A DNA stretch of 64,000 nucleotides from Octopus sinensis (lineage: Eukaryota): positions 115,754,001 to 115,818,000 of the forward strand of contig NC_042997.1 of assembly GCF_006345805.1 (NCBI RefSeq). Direction: 5' to 3'. The translations under genes and the position numbers were made by a program. A model generated the notes under the pieces. The model saw nothing but the letters and a program-made list of their open reading frames with translations, was not told the DNA's origin and made no database searches. How positions within the stretch are numbered: position 1 is the stretch's first letter; each line of letters starts with the position of its first letter. Shown here piece after piece: positions 50,127 to 63,578 of this stretch.

Positions 50127-50744
50127 TTTCGTAATGTCGGATATTTTATATTAAATTTTTTGTATTCTAAAATAAATGGGGCGTGCCTAATATTGCAACA
50201 ATTTGGTGTCTCTTTAAAGGCACTTAATCTGCGGGATGGGGGTCATCTTTATGGCACTTAGGTTCCACTTTACAGCAATTTGGCGGGAAAAACAAACTAT
50301 AAGTAACTGACTTGAAGAGATTTTGAAATTGTCAGAATTAAACGTATGTGTGTGTGTGTGTGTGTGTGCACAGTTATATGTGCAGTTGTTTGTATGTATG
50401 TATAGGTGCATAAGTGTGTGTGTGTGTGTATTTTTGCAAAAAGTTTCCTAAGACTTCACAGATATTGACGATTAACACACCGTGAATCAAGTATTTACTT
50501 AATTAACAATTACGAAGAAATTGTTTAATTACACGACAGTTTAAAACCATATTCGAGTCAGTACCTCGAAGTATTTTTACTTCCAAATTGCAGTGGGATC
50601 GAAATTGAAATTAGTGATGCCAAACACATGAAAAATAGATGAAATGACCTTTAAAAATCCATGATGGGGAGGCATAGTCTGGCATAAGCCATTTACTTCA
50701 AAATACATACAAAAAATTTAAGTACAAAATATAAAACGATGTTA

Positions 50745-50816
50745 GGGCTCGTCCGGGATTTGAACCCGGGACCTCTCGCACCCAAAGCGAGAATCATATC
50801 CCTAGACCAACGAGCC
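50745..50816 (-). tRNA. trnP: tRNA-Pro (TGG), G19A D-loop variant, possibly impaired
   Basis: D loop reads AGGGAT instead of AGGGGT. Confidence 0.75.
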
Positions 50817-51668
50817 ACTTCTTGTTAACAGGTTTCAGATTAATATAGATATATAAAGAAAAAAAAGTTTGTCATAAAGAAGGGAAAGTTTGTCAACACT
50901 CATTTTTTACAATATTTTAATATGTCATTATTATTATTATTAATATTATCATTGCAGAATAATGGATTGCAAATTAATATAATTTTAAACAATTTTTTTC
51001 TACGATAAAAAATAAAGAAAAAAAAAGACTTCCATTGAGCAATTCACACACACCACCACCGCCACTACCACCACCGCTACTACCACCACCACATCTTGTA
51101 GTGATGCTTACCAAAGTTTGACACTTATTTCTTCAAAAACACTGCCACATTGCAACACAGTATTCTTCGTCTGTAAAAATACGACGGGCTTCTTTCAGTT
51201 TCTGTCTACCAAATCCACTCACAAGGCTTTGGTCGGCCCGATCTATAGTAAAAGAAACTTGCCCAAGGTGCCACGCAGTGGGACAGAACCCGGAACCATG
51301 AGGTTCGTAAGCAACCTACTTAGTACACAGCCGCTCCTACGCCTATTTATTAAATTTTTCTGTTTTTTTTTGGTTTGTTTTATTGAGGGTTAAACATTTT
51401 TTTTAGTTGGGGAAGACAACGCAATTTTTTAATGGGGGAGAGATAACCAAAAAGTACCCGAAGAGCTTTAAAGAGTTGACAGAAAAACAAAAACAATTCA
51501 AATCAAACATATGAAGATGATATGCTGTACTTCACTTCATATATTTCATTAACGAGAAAATATGGAATAGATTGCTAGCAAACTCCCTTGCACTCTCATA
51601 AAAATCACAAACAATGAAGACCCAACTTAGAATGAAATTAAACATTTCTCAGATAATGTATGCAAACC

Positions 51669-52053
51669 TCTATATATAAAGCTGAAGTTGTCTGTGTGTG
51701 GCAGGTTTGGTAGCCTTCAACTAACACTATCTCCTCCGAGATCCTACGGCGCAAGTTGACCAACATTGAGAGTATGATAGAAGGCTTGCTCTTCCTTCCG
51801 GAGAAAAAAAAAATTCAAATCAGACCATGTTAACACCAAAAATTATTTACATCAAACAGGTGCTTTTTTTCTATGAAAATCCCAGTTTTTACGATTTCTT
51901 GACTGCTGTGTCGCCATTTTTCGGTGAATTTCAACCAGAAAAATGTTCACTTAAAGAGAATAACAAGCTACATAATGCGAAGTTTTTACTTTTCAAAAAT
52001 TCCAATTCTAAAGGGTCGAAACAAACCCGAGCAACGCCGGGCAATACTGCTAG
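51669..52053 (+). mobile_element. non-autonomous Helitron (paralog of 42082-42465)
   Basis: Same termini. Confidence 0.7.
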
Positions 52054-52411
52054 TCATAAGACAAATGACACATATTTTGTGAGTTCCTATCTATTGTAAG
52101 TGATTAGCCATGTGATATTCGAAAGACTTGCGCCCTATCTAGGCAGAGAGTAATTTTCCAACCATTCGCTGCCATAAGACTGCAATTATCCCTCAATAAC
52201 ACTCCGACTACAACATTCAGGAACAAGACAACATGAAACAACGAAGGAACCTATACGAGGGAGCGGCGTCGACCCGCTAGAAACAGCAGCTAATATCATC
52301 CATTTACACTAGTAAGTAGTGAGGTTACCAGATATATTATGCCTGGGGAGAAATGACAGGATGGTCACTGCCGGAAAGCTTTTGTTTTCCACTTGCTAAA
52401 TCTTTAAGTGT

Positions 52412-52712
52412 GGAGGCACATGGCCTAGTGGTTAAAGCAGCGGACTTCCGGTCGAGGTACCGTGGGTTCGAATCTCAGACCGGGCGATGTGTGTGTTTAT
52501 GAGCGAAACACCTAAGCTCAACGCGGCTCCGACAGAAGGTAATGGCGAACTTCTGCTGACTCTTTCGCCACATTTTCTCTCACCCTTTCCTCCTGCATCT
52601 TGCGGCTCACCTGTGACAGACCGGCGTCGCGTCCAGGTTGCGAACCTATACGCCAAGGAAACCGGGAAACCGGCTCTTATGAGCCAGGGATGGCTCGAGA
52701 AGGAACAACAAA
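52412..52712 (+). mobile_element. tRNA-derived SINE (paralog of 42824-43124)
   Basis: Sequence match. Confidence 0.75.
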
Positions 52713-53137
52713 TCTTGAAGTAGTAGCAGCACCCATGAGCCTTCCAAAAAATTTTAATTTTTAACATTTTTATCACACTATTTCCCTCACTTCCACAACT
52801 ATCTTCTTTTCAATGCAGTATGCGCCTTATTGTTTGAAACACTACCAAATGAAAATAATCCCTATTTGCATTGAAAGATCGCAGTTTCAATTCCTAGACT
52901 GGGTAGTGCATTGTGTTTTGAGGCAAAACACTTCATCTCACAACCCCAAGATTCCGGATTCAGTCCCATTGAGTGGTACCTTGTGCAAGTGTCTTCTACC
53001 ATAGCTCTGAAGCAACCAAAACCATATGAGTAGATTTTGTAGATGGAAACTTGGCTAGGCTTTAAAAATTCATTTTAAAGTTCTTCATGGATACAGTTTG
53101 GTGATTAACACCAGTAAAATGTAATCTCGAATTGGAT

Positions 53138-53209
53138 GGGCTCGTCCGGGATTCGAACCCGGGACCACTCGCACCCTAAGCGAGAATCATACCCCTAGAC
53201 CAACGAGCC
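53138..53209 (-). tRNA. trnP: tRNA-Pro (AGG)
   Basis: Canonical except A44U. Confidence 0.93.
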
Positions 53210-53506
53210 GCTTACTGTTCATGTTTAACTTTAGTAACCAATTATTATGATAGCAAGTCTTGATACAACTATTCTGTTAATCGCTTCAATGCAAGTTTAT
53301 TTAATAGACTACAGGAACCAGCCTTAATCAATAGTTGTTTCCCCGTCCTACCACTCTCCAGTCAGTCGACCGGAACTTATTGCTCACGTGCAGCTGATAG
53401 ATTATGGCCGATAGCACGTTTTGTCGTTGCTCTTTGTTTTACCTTTTAGCTTCAACCATTTACTTGTTTCATTTAAGTAGTTATAACTAATCGCATTTTA
53501 CCGGCT

Positions 53507-53578
53507 GGCTCGTTGGTCTAGGGGTATGATTCTCGCTTAGGGTGCGAGAGGTCCCGGGTTCAACTCCCGGACGAACCC
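53507..53578 (+). tRNA. trnP: tRNA-Pro (AGG), C3.A70 acceptor mismatch
   Basis: 3' acceptor strand ACGAACC instead of ACGAGCC. Confidence 0.8.
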
Positions 53579-54232
53579 ATTATATCTTACTATGCTGCTA
53601 TTTTTTTTGTGTAAAAACAAATTCCACTTTACAAAATCTTTCAAAACAATACGAGATATTTTGCACACATGTAACACATTCATACTTACATGGGGTGAAG
53701 ATACGTGACTAAGTGGTTAGGATATTCGGCTCACAATCATAAAGCCGTAAGTTCGATTCTTGGCGGCGCACTGTTTCTTTGAGCAAGACACTCATTACAC
53801 TTACTACTCATTCATCTGGCAGAATGAGTAGACTAGTAATTCGAAGGGCCAGCCTTGTCACATTCTGTGTCAGGTTGAATCTCCCTGAGAACTACGTTAA
53901 CATGGATGTGCGTACCTGTGGGGTGCTCAGCCACATGCATATATTAATTTCATGAACATAGGCGCAGGAGTGGTTGTGTGGTAAGTAGCTTGCTTACCAA
54001 CCACATGGTTCCGGGTTCAGTCCCACTAAAGGCGGTGCTCCAGCATGGCCGCAGTCAAATGACTGAACCAAGTTAAAGAGTAAAAGAGGCCGTACCATTG
54101 ATCGGATCAACTAGAACACCAGTCGTCGTAACCGACGGAATACCAGTTACAGACTTACGTAAAACACCATGTAGCTTCCTCACTTTAATGGTATGTCACC
54201 TTCGGAGAATTCTTGAATTTCCGAATTAACAA

Positions 54233-54445
54233 GGCGGCGAGCTGGTAGAATCGTTAGCACGCTGGGCGAAATGCTTAGCGGTATTTCGTCCCTGAACGCT
54301 CTGAGTTCAAATTCCGCCGAGGTTGACTTTGCCTTTCATTCTTTCGGGGTCGATAAATTACGTGCCAGTTGTGTACTAAGCTCGATCTAATCGACTGAGC
54401 CCCTCCCCCAAAATTTCGAGCCTTGTGCCTAGAGTAGAAAAGAAT
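54233..54445 (+). mobile_element. family A SINE (paralog of 44611-44826)
   Basis: Sequence match. Confidence 0.85.
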
Positions 54446-55174
54446 TTCCGGATTATCTCCCTTTCTCATATAGAGCTGATCTTAATCGCCGTTTAGTTTT
54501 TATGAGACATTCCTTAATCAAGAATTTATGTTGTATGGTATTTCATACCTCTGGTCACCGAGTTGTTTCCTTCAGCTCCCTTTTTATCTAAATTATGCAA
54601 ATTAGCTATGCCATAAATGTGTCATATTTCTTTTTGTATAAGTCTAAGTCCTTTGGCTATAGGAGATAAAGTCGGAGAGTTGCTGAGCTGATGATGGGTG
54701 TCGAACCACAAACGCATGTCCACAACTGTCCTCATAATCACCCAGATAATTCGGTTCTCAATCTTTTTAAAAATCCGGGCCAGATCGAGCCAAAATCTGA
54801 ATTTTTTTTTAGAGGACTACACGAATAAAAAAAATAGTAAAACAGAAGTCAAATAATGAAAAAATCATTATATTTATAAAGGAAAAAACCGTCGAGGGCC
54901 ACTGGAAAGATACCTGAGGGCCGCATGCAGACCTGTGAGCCGCGGTTAAGAGTCGCTGCTACAGACAATAAACACAATGGCATATCAATTTTCATTCTTG
55001 TGATTATCTCCCCTTCACAGTTGGTGATGGTCTCTGTTGTCATTTGGTAACTGCGATACAGCCTCAACAGGCGGATATAATTTTAATAAAGCAAGAATCT
55101 ATAATATAGGACATTCGATACACCTGCATTTGCCACTTGTGAGTAAGTTTGGCAACAGCTGGTTGATGATGAAC

Positions 55175-55225
<51 letters not shown>

Positions 55226-56035
55226 ATGATGATGATGATTATGATGATGATGGTGGTGGTGGTGGTGGTGGTGGTGGTGGTAGCTACCATTTCTCCAGTG
55301 TATAACCTTACGTTTATCAACATTCGGTGGCCTTGTGGTAAGAAGCTTACTTCCCAACCACATGGTTCCGGGTTCAGTCTCACTGCGAGGCACCTTGGGC
55401 AAGTGTCATCTATTTTATTGGACCATAAGTCGTGTGTAGTGTGTGTGGGAGGTGTCTTTGTGTCTGTGTTTGTCCTCCATCACTGCTTCACAACCGGTAT
55501 TGGTGTGTTTACACCCTCGTAACTTGGCAGTTCAGTGAATGGGTCCGATAAAATACGTGCGAGGCTTACAAAAATAAGTCTTGTGGTTGATTCAGTCGAT
55601 TATAAATTCTTCAATGCTGTGCCTCAGCATGGCCGCAGTCTAATGACTGAAACAAGTAAAACTCCTTTGACCACTCTTCTACTCGGCTCAGTCACGTGAC
55701 TTCTAGACCCCCCCCCCCACAGAACTTTTTATTTCGAGGCCCCATCCCTTCAATCAAAATTCATAATCTTACGCACCTTTTATTCATAGCTATATTTTAC
55801 TTTATTCTATTTTCCCGTTATCCTAAAGAATACCTTTAAAAGTACAAGTTAAATTTATTTAGGTCTATTACGGATTTCAATAAGTAAAACTTCCAGATAT
55901 GACTAAAAGAGCACTTTTATAATCCAGGCAACCTTCAAAGTCAAACACAGCGCACTTTTCACTTCGCGAAATCATCGATCAATTTAGAATAATCAAGCTG
56001 AGAGCTAAGTACAGGTTCAATAGAAATCAAGTAAA

Positions 56036-56386
56036 GGCGCATGGCTCAGTGGTTAGAGCGTCGAGCTTACGATCGTGAAGTTGTGAGTTCGATTCCCGGA
56101 CCGGGTTGCGTGTTATGTTCTTGAGCAAGACACTTTATTTCAGATTGCTTCAATTGTACAAATGAGTTGCGACATCACTGGTGCCAAGCTGTATCGGCCC
56201 ATTTGCATTTCCCTTGAATAACATTGATGGCGTGGAGAAAGGAGGCTGCTATGCATGGGTGACAGCTGGTCTTCCATACAAACAACCCTAGGTTGTGCGT
56301 TCACTGGTGAGGCGACTTTCCACTCAGACTTGTATCCCGGAGGGGAACCTCTTAGGTGCTCCCATGGTCATTTGTGACCGACGGAG
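56036..56386 (+). mobile_element. family D SINE (paralog of 46210-46560)
   Basis: Sequence match. Confidence 0.75.
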
Positions 56387-57035
56387 TAGAGTTCTCTCAA
56401 TAGATATCATAGACAATCCACAAAGCCTGGTACACGTTTGTGGTCCCAATGTAATAGCTTTAGAACTTTTGCAGGCACGATGTATTACCGTTTTATTTCT
56501 TGAAATTTTCTGTTAACATAGATAGTTTAATTTTGGTTCAACATCTTAACCAAAGTGAACAGATGACTCATTTACGTACTTTGATTTTAACATGAGGCCC
56601 CTCGATTGCGGAGTCCCCCTGCAATCTTTGCAACGACCCTGCTTCTATTTAAATCTCTCTGTCTTTTCTATTCCGTGTTTGATTTTTACATTGATTACAT
56701 TACAACAGGTTTTATTTTCATTGCAATGAAAATGGTAAATCATTTAAATATATTATGGCCCCTAATACTATTCTCTAAGGTACCAATTCTGTGCAATTTA
56801 TATAGTAATCTATGTGATAGTTCACTGCCAAAAGCGTTTCTATCTTTTATTGTCTTCATACACCTGTGTTTGTGAAAGCGCGTGGTCTAGTGATGAGAGC
56901 GTTCAGCTCTTGATTGTGAGATCATCGGTTCAATTCCTGGACCGAGCAGAATCCTTCATTCCACATTGTTCCAAATTACTCAGCTATAATGTGCATATGT
57001 ATCGAGGTTGCTAGTACAACCCCTTCTCTCCCACC

Positions 57036-57107
<72 letters not shown>

Positions 57108-57339
57108 ATCTATTTATCTATAAGCACAAGGGTCATGGGTGACGAAGCCTGAGAATGCGTTTGTTTGCGACTAAATAGGCATTAAAAACAATTAGCGAAA
57201 GCACGGTACATGTTACCAATCCACATTCGCCCACGATTGACGAGTGGACTGTTCTAGTTCTATACATTTGCGTCTAGTCTTCCGACATTTCTAATAAATT
57301 TACCACACATGGCCTAGCAAGTACAAGTCTGTGTCACAG

Positions 57340-57382
57340 TTTAGTGTGCGAGAGGTCTCGGGTTCAACTCCCGGACGGGCCC
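57340..57382 (+). pseudogene. trnP: 3' half of tRNA-Pro
   Basis: Paralog of 47451-47493. Confidence 0.8.
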
Positions 57383-57630
57383 AATACGATTTCTTACAAT
57401 ATTAATTATTTTATTGCATGAAAAATAAAATCACTTTACAAAATCTTTTAAAGCAGTACGAATTTTTATTGGCGCAGGCGTGGCTGTGGGATAAGAGGAT
57501 TGTTTTCCAACCACATGGTCCCAGGTTCAGTCCCACTGTGTGGTACTTTCGACAAATTACTTCTGCTATTGCCTCGAGCTGACTTGTGAATGGATTTGGT
57601 AGACGGAAACTGAAGGAAGCCCTTCGTATG

Positions 57631-57687
<57 letters not shown>

Positions 57688-57950
57688 ATATATATATAAT
57701 TATATACACAATATATATATATAATACATATAATTATATACATATATATATATACATATATTATATTGTGTGTGTATGTGTCTGTGTTTGCCCCCTATCA
57801 TCGCTTGACAACCGGTGCTAGTGTGTTTACGTCCCCGTAACTTAACGGTTCGGCAAAAAGAGTGATACAATAAGTTCCAGGCTTTAACATTAGTACAGAA
57901 TCTATATTATTTACAATTGACGGATATTTGTCTTCATTTTGTTTGTTGTT

Positions 57951-57996
57951 AACACAAAGTTTCGGTTGATATACCCTCCAGCCTTCATCAGGTGTC
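57951..57996 (-). pseudogene. degenerate minimal hammerhead
   Basis: Paralog of 48064-48109. Confidence 0.5.
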
Positions 57997-58052
57997 TTGG
58001 GCAATTTCGAACCTCGGTTCTCATTCCTAAAGTATTTTTTGATGTTTTATTA

Positions 58053-58104
<52 letters not shown>

Positions 58105-58140
58105 ATTATTATTATTATTATTATTATCATTATTCACACG

Positions 58141-58209
58141 GGCATATGGCGGAGTGATTAAGACGCGGGCTACTAACCCCAAGATTCTGAGTTCGATTCC
58201 AGGCAGTGA

Positions 58210-58241
<32 letters not shown>

Positions 58242-58417
58242 TAATAATAATAATAATAATAATAATAACATCGAAAAATACCTTAGAGATGAGAACCCAG
58301 GTTCGAAATTTCCCCAAGACACCTGATGAAGGCTGGAGGGTATATCAGCCGAAATGTTGTGTTAACAACAAACAAGATGAGGATAAATATCCGTCAAATG
58401 TAAATAATGTAAATAAA
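58141..58417 (+). mobile_element. putative SINE: tRNA-like head + (AAT)n + hammerhead-bearing tail
   Basis: Head GGCATATGGCGGAGTGATTAAGACGCGGGCTACTAACCCCAAGATTCTGAGTTCGATTCC. Hammerhead at 58318-58363. Confidence 0.65.
58318..58363 (+). ncRNA. minimal type I hammerhead (AAUGUU variant)
   Basis: Same fold as 38780-38825. Confidence 0.5.
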
Positions 58418-59122
58418 GTACATAATTCTTCATCTTTTAAATATAGAACTGTTTAAAAATAGTCCCTGGGGTCGATTTGTTCGACTAAATACCTTCAAGG
58501 CAGTGCTCCAGCATGGCCACAATCAAACGACTAAAGCAAGTTAAAGAATAAAAGAATATACGTGTGTCTTTGTGTTTCTGTGTCTTTGTGTTTCTGTGTC
58601 TTTGTGTCTTCCCCACCACCACTTCACAACTCTTGTTGGTGTGTTTACATACCCGTAACGCAGCGGTTCAGCAAAAAAAAAAATCGATAGAATAAGTACC
58701 AGGTTAAAAAAGAAAAAAACAGCACTGATGTTGATTTGTTCGACTGAAAATCCTTCATGTCCGCAGTCCAATGGCTGACAAGACTAAAAGAATAAAAGAG
58801 AATAAAGCCAATCACCTTTCCTTTCGCAATGGTTTCCGAATTTTAATTTCTTACAACTTAATAAACATGATAATTGAAAAAAATTAAATATCTTATTGAA
58901 TCTCTCTTTATTCTTTACTCTTTTACTTGTTTCAGTCATTTGACTGCGGCCATGCTGTAGCACCGCCATATAGTCGAGCAAATCGACTCCAGGATTTATT
59001 CTTTGTAAGCCTAGTACTTATTCTATCTGTATCTCTTGCCGAACCGCTAAGTGACGGGTCGAAAACACACCAGCATCAGTTGTCATGCGATGATGTGGGG
59101 ACAAACACAGACACACAAACAT

Positions 59123-59158
<36 letters not shown>

Positions 59159-59993
59159 GTGTGTTGGGGAGACACACACAGACACACAAACATATACATA
59201 CACATATAATATATATATATATATTATATGTGTGTGTATATATTTGAGTGTCTGTGTTTGTCCCCACCAACATCGCTTGACAACCGATGCTGGTGTGTTT
59301 ACGTCCCCGTCACATAGCCGTTCGGCAAGAGAGACCGATAGAATAAGTACTAGGCTTTTCACGACTAAAGGCGATGCTCCAGCATAGCCGCAGTCATATA
59401 TATATATATACGACGGGCTTCTTTCAGTTTCCGTCTACCAAATCCACTCACAAGGCTTTGGTCGGCTCGAGGCTATAGGAGAAGACACTTGCCCAAGGTG
59501 CCATGTAGTGGGACTGAACCCGGAATTATGTGGTTGGTAAGCAAGCTACTTACCACACAGCCACACCTACGCCAATATTTTGTTTCTAAATACAAGACTT
59601 TACCTGTTTTTTACTCTCCACTTCCTTATACATCGTTTTCACAATTGCAATTTTCCTGTTTAATGAGAGATTTCCTTCCTTAGTAACTTAAACAATACAA
59701 TAAATGGCAGCGTTGTAACGACTGACATTTCTTGAGGGGCCATTTGATGGATATCATTAGGCCTTACCACCTTCTAAAGAGTTAAATTCCTTAAGATTTT
59801 CTTGACTTCCCCTTTCTTTTCGTGGTTCACTGGAAATTCCTTGTACTTTTTAAATTATAGTAAAACATTTCAGCTTAAGCAATCGATAAAACAACATTAA
59901 TAATCATAACATATCGAATTTAAAATTAGTTTTGACAAACTATTATTATATATATATATATATATATTAAAGTGAAATCTGGTAACTAGACGT

Positions 59994-60065
59994 GGCTCGT
60001 TGGTCTAGGGGTATGATTCTCGCTTTGGGTGCCAGAGGTCCCGGGTTCGAATCCCGGTCGAGCCC
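59994..60065 (+). pseudogene. trnP: tRNA-Pro (TGG), degenerate
   Basis: Anticodon-stem C29.C41 mismatch (GCCAG) and U7.U66 mismatch. Confidence 0.7.
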
Positions 60066-60696
60066 TTTCGTAAAGTTGAATATTTTATATTACTTTTTTT
60101 TGTATTCTAAAATAAATGGGACGTGCCTAATAATGCAACAATTTGATGTCTCTTTAAAGGCACTTAATCTGCATGATGGGGGTCATCTTTATGGCACTTT
60201 AGGTTCCACTCTACAGCAATTTGGAGGGGGAAACAAACTATAAGTAACTGACTTGAAGAGATTTTGAAATTGTCAGAATTAAACGTATGTGTGTGTGTGT
60301 GTGTGTGTATGTGCACAGTTATATGTGCAGTTGTTTGTATGTGTGCATGTATGTATAGGTGCATAAGTGTGTGTGTGTGTATTTTTGCAAAAAGTTTCCT
60401 AAGTCTTCACAGATATTGACGATTAACACACCGTGAATCAAGTATATACTTAATTAACAATTACGAAGAAATTGTTTAATTACACAACAGTTTAAAAGCA
60501 TATTCGAGTCAGTACCTCGTAGTTTTTTTACTTCCAAATTGCAGTGGGACCGAAATTGAAATTAGTGATGCGAAACACATGAAAAATAGATGAAATGCCC
60601 TTTAAAATTCCATCATGGGGTAGCATAGTCTGGCATAATCTATTTACTTCAAAATACATACAAAAAAATTTAAGTACAAAATATAAAACGATGTTA

Positions 60697-60768
60697 GGGC
60701 TCGTCCGGGATTTGAACCCGGGACCTCTCGCACCCAAAGCGAGAATCATACCCCTAGACCAACGAGCC
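60697..60768 (-). tRNA. trnP: tRNA-Pro (TGG)
   Basis: Perfect canonical sequence. Confidence 0.97.
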
Positions 60769-61190
60769 ACTTCTTGTTAACAAGTTTCAGATTAATATAG
60801 ATATATAAAGAAAAAAAGTTTGTCATAAAGAAGAGAAAGTTTGTCAACACTCATTTTTTACAATATTTTAATATGTCATTATTATTATTATTAATATTAT
60901 CATTGCAGAATAATGGATTGCAAATTAATATAATTTTAAACAATTTTCTTCTATGATTAAAAATAAAGAAAAAAAAGACTTCCATTGAGCAACTCACACA
61001 CACCACCACCACCACTACCACCACCACATCTTGTAGTGATGCTTACCAAAGTTTGACACTTATTTCTTCAAAACACTGCCACGTTGCAACACAGTATTCT
61101 TCGTCTGTAAAAATGCTGACTTTGATAGTTTCATTAAACGCCATCTTTCCCTTCCTCGCCATCTCGCCTGCCCTCCTCTCCTCCTCTTCT

Positions 61191-61231
<41 letters not shown>

Positions 61232-61386
61232 TCTCTCTTTCTCTCCCCTCACGGTATTTCACACTTCCTCTTTTCCTTTCAATGTCAATATGTGTATATA
61301 TAACTAAATACTTTGACAACTCCCACATACAACCGCGTCATACATAAAATATGAATACGTGAGTATGTATGTACGTATATATAATA

Positions 61387-61423
<37 letters not shown>

Positions 61424-61681
61424 CGCGCACGCGCGCGTGTCTGTGTCTTATGCGTGTGTCTGTACATATATCAATGCGTATATGTATAAAATATCTGCAA
61501 CTGTAAATATTACAAAAATATAAGTTATATATGCATGTATAAATTTAAAACTTATAAAATATATAAATGCATATTTTTAAGAAATAAATGTGAAGAGACA
61601 AAAATATTCAAATAATAGAAATATAGACAACATTAAATTTCATCGTACATGATAATTATTTTGATTAATACTTATGTGAGC

Positions 61682-61753
61682 GGCTCGTTGGTCTAGAGGT
61701 ATGATTCTCGCTTAGGGTGCGAGAGGTCCCGGGTTCAATTCCCGGGCGAGCCC
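61682..61753 (+). tRNA. trnP: tRNA-Pro (AGG)
   Basis: Variants G16A, T loop TTCAATT and U7:G66. T-run 6 nt downstream. Confidence 0.88.
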
Positions 61754-61843
61754 ACGCATTTTTTTTTAATTTTTTGATAATTTGCATACATGTAAATTAC
61801 ACTAAAGAAACGTTATTTTCCCAGATTTCGCGTCCCCTATCTC

Positions 61844-61920
<77 letters not shown>

Positions 61921-62311
61921 GTTCATGTTCCAAACCCACAGGGTTTGCTGATCCTAGATCTTCATACCGAAGTCGGAAGCTTCATGGTTTTTCTTGAGAA
62001 AGATACAATAGTGGTCGCCAGATTTGATATGTAGATACCGCCGGTATCAGGGCGTGTATAAGTCTTGAAAAAATTACAAAAATCGATTCCAGGTGAGAAT
62101 GCGATCGATAAAGCCGTGGGAAATCGTTTTTCTGTGGAATAGAAAAAAAAGTCTATCTTTATTTCTTCTTTTGCTGCTGTCTCAAATTCAGGTTAAATCA
62201 GTGTTTCTGAAAGGGGCGGCCTATGGGAAGGTCGGACAAGTTGTTTTGAGAAAATTTGGTTTAAATGTTTGACAACTCAGTACCGTTCATTGAACGAGAG
62301 GCGTTTTGCTC

Positions 62312-62356
<45 letters not shown>

Positions 62357-62449
62357 CACACACATATGTATATATATAGAGAGAGGGGGGAGGGAGAGAG
62401 TAAGAGAGAGAGAGGAGAGAGAGAGCAAATGTGTAATGTTAGTGTGCAC

Positions 62450-63212
62450 ACACGACAGAGTGTAAGCGCCCTGAGAGAAATGTTAGACATGTGGCGTGTA
62501 AGAGAGACGTTTGTGTTGGTATGGTCATGTACTGCAGATGGACGAGGAGAGCTGTGTGACAAAGTGTCACTCCCTAACAGTGGAAGGAGTCCGGGGTAGA
62601 GGGAAACCAAGGAAGATATGGGATGATGTGGTGAAGCATGACCTTCGAACGTTGGGCCTCACAGAGGCAATGACAAAAGACCGAGACCTCTGGAGGTATG
62701 CTGTGACTGAGAAGACCCGGCAAATAAAGTGAGTCTACAGCCGTAACCTACACCAGTGTCACATAACCAGCCCACTCAAAAGTACCTTGGATCGTAGGGC
62801 AACATGCCGTGCTTGAGGAGACCTATTGAGTCAAGTACATGAACATCAGCAATATCAAAATCAAATCAAATGGAAATTGCAGTTGTGAGCCCCGTACCAG
62901 TAGCACGTAAAAAGTACCATCCGAACGTGGCTGATACCAGTGCTGCCTTGACTGGCTTCCATACCGTTGGCACATAAAAAGCACCATCCGATCGTGGTCG
63001 ATGCCAGTTCCTCTGGCCTCTGTACAGGTCGCACGTAAAAAGCACTCACCACACTCGGAGTGGTTGGCGTTAGAAAGGCATCCAGCTGTAGAAACACTGC
63101 CAGATCCGATCGGGGCCTTGTGCAGCCTCTTGGCTTCCCAGATCCTAGTCGAACCGTCCAACCCACGCCAGCATGGAAAACGGACGTTAAACGATAATGA
63201 TGATGATGATGA
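62450..63212 (+). mobile_element. RTE-clade LINE 3' end with 3' UTR and (GAT)n tail
   Basis: CWYGHVLQMDEESCVTKCHSLTVEGVRGRGKPRKIWDDVVKHDLRTLGLTEAMTKDRDLWRYAV is a typical RTE C-terminus. Confidence 0.8.
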
Positions 63213-63533
63213 TATATATATTTTCTTTTATTCTTTTACTTGTTTCAGTTATTTGACTGCGGCCATCCTGGAGCACCGCCTTTAGTCGAACAAATCAACC
63301 TCAGGTATTATTCTTTGTAAGCCTAGTACTTATTCTATTAGTCACTTAAGCTGAACCGCTAGGTTACGGGGGACGTAAACACACCAACATCGATTGTCAA
63401 GCGATGGTGGGGGACAAATACAGACACCAAAATATATACATACGTAGATACATACATACATATATACATATACATACATACATACATACATACATGCATA
63501 CATACATGCATACACACACCACACACACCACAC

Positions 63534-63544
<11 letters not shown>

Positions 63545-63578
<34 letters not shown>

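Larger units (their letters stand above)
41594..51179 (+). repeat. tandem segmental duplication unit U2 (9586 bp)
   Basis: Colinear high-identity match to 51180-61113. Junction ...CTGTAAAAA|TACGACGGG at both unit starts. Confidence 0.92.
51180..61113 (+). repeat. tandem segmental duplication unit U3 (9934 bp)
   Basis: Colinear with U2. Homology ends at CTGTAAAAAT|GCTGAC (61114). Confidence 0.92.

Noticed and set aside
54686-54722. CTGATGA-TGGGTGT...AAACGCATGTC hammerhead-like string
   Set aside because: G12 of GAAA is missing and neither stem I nor stem II closes. It is too degenerate to call.
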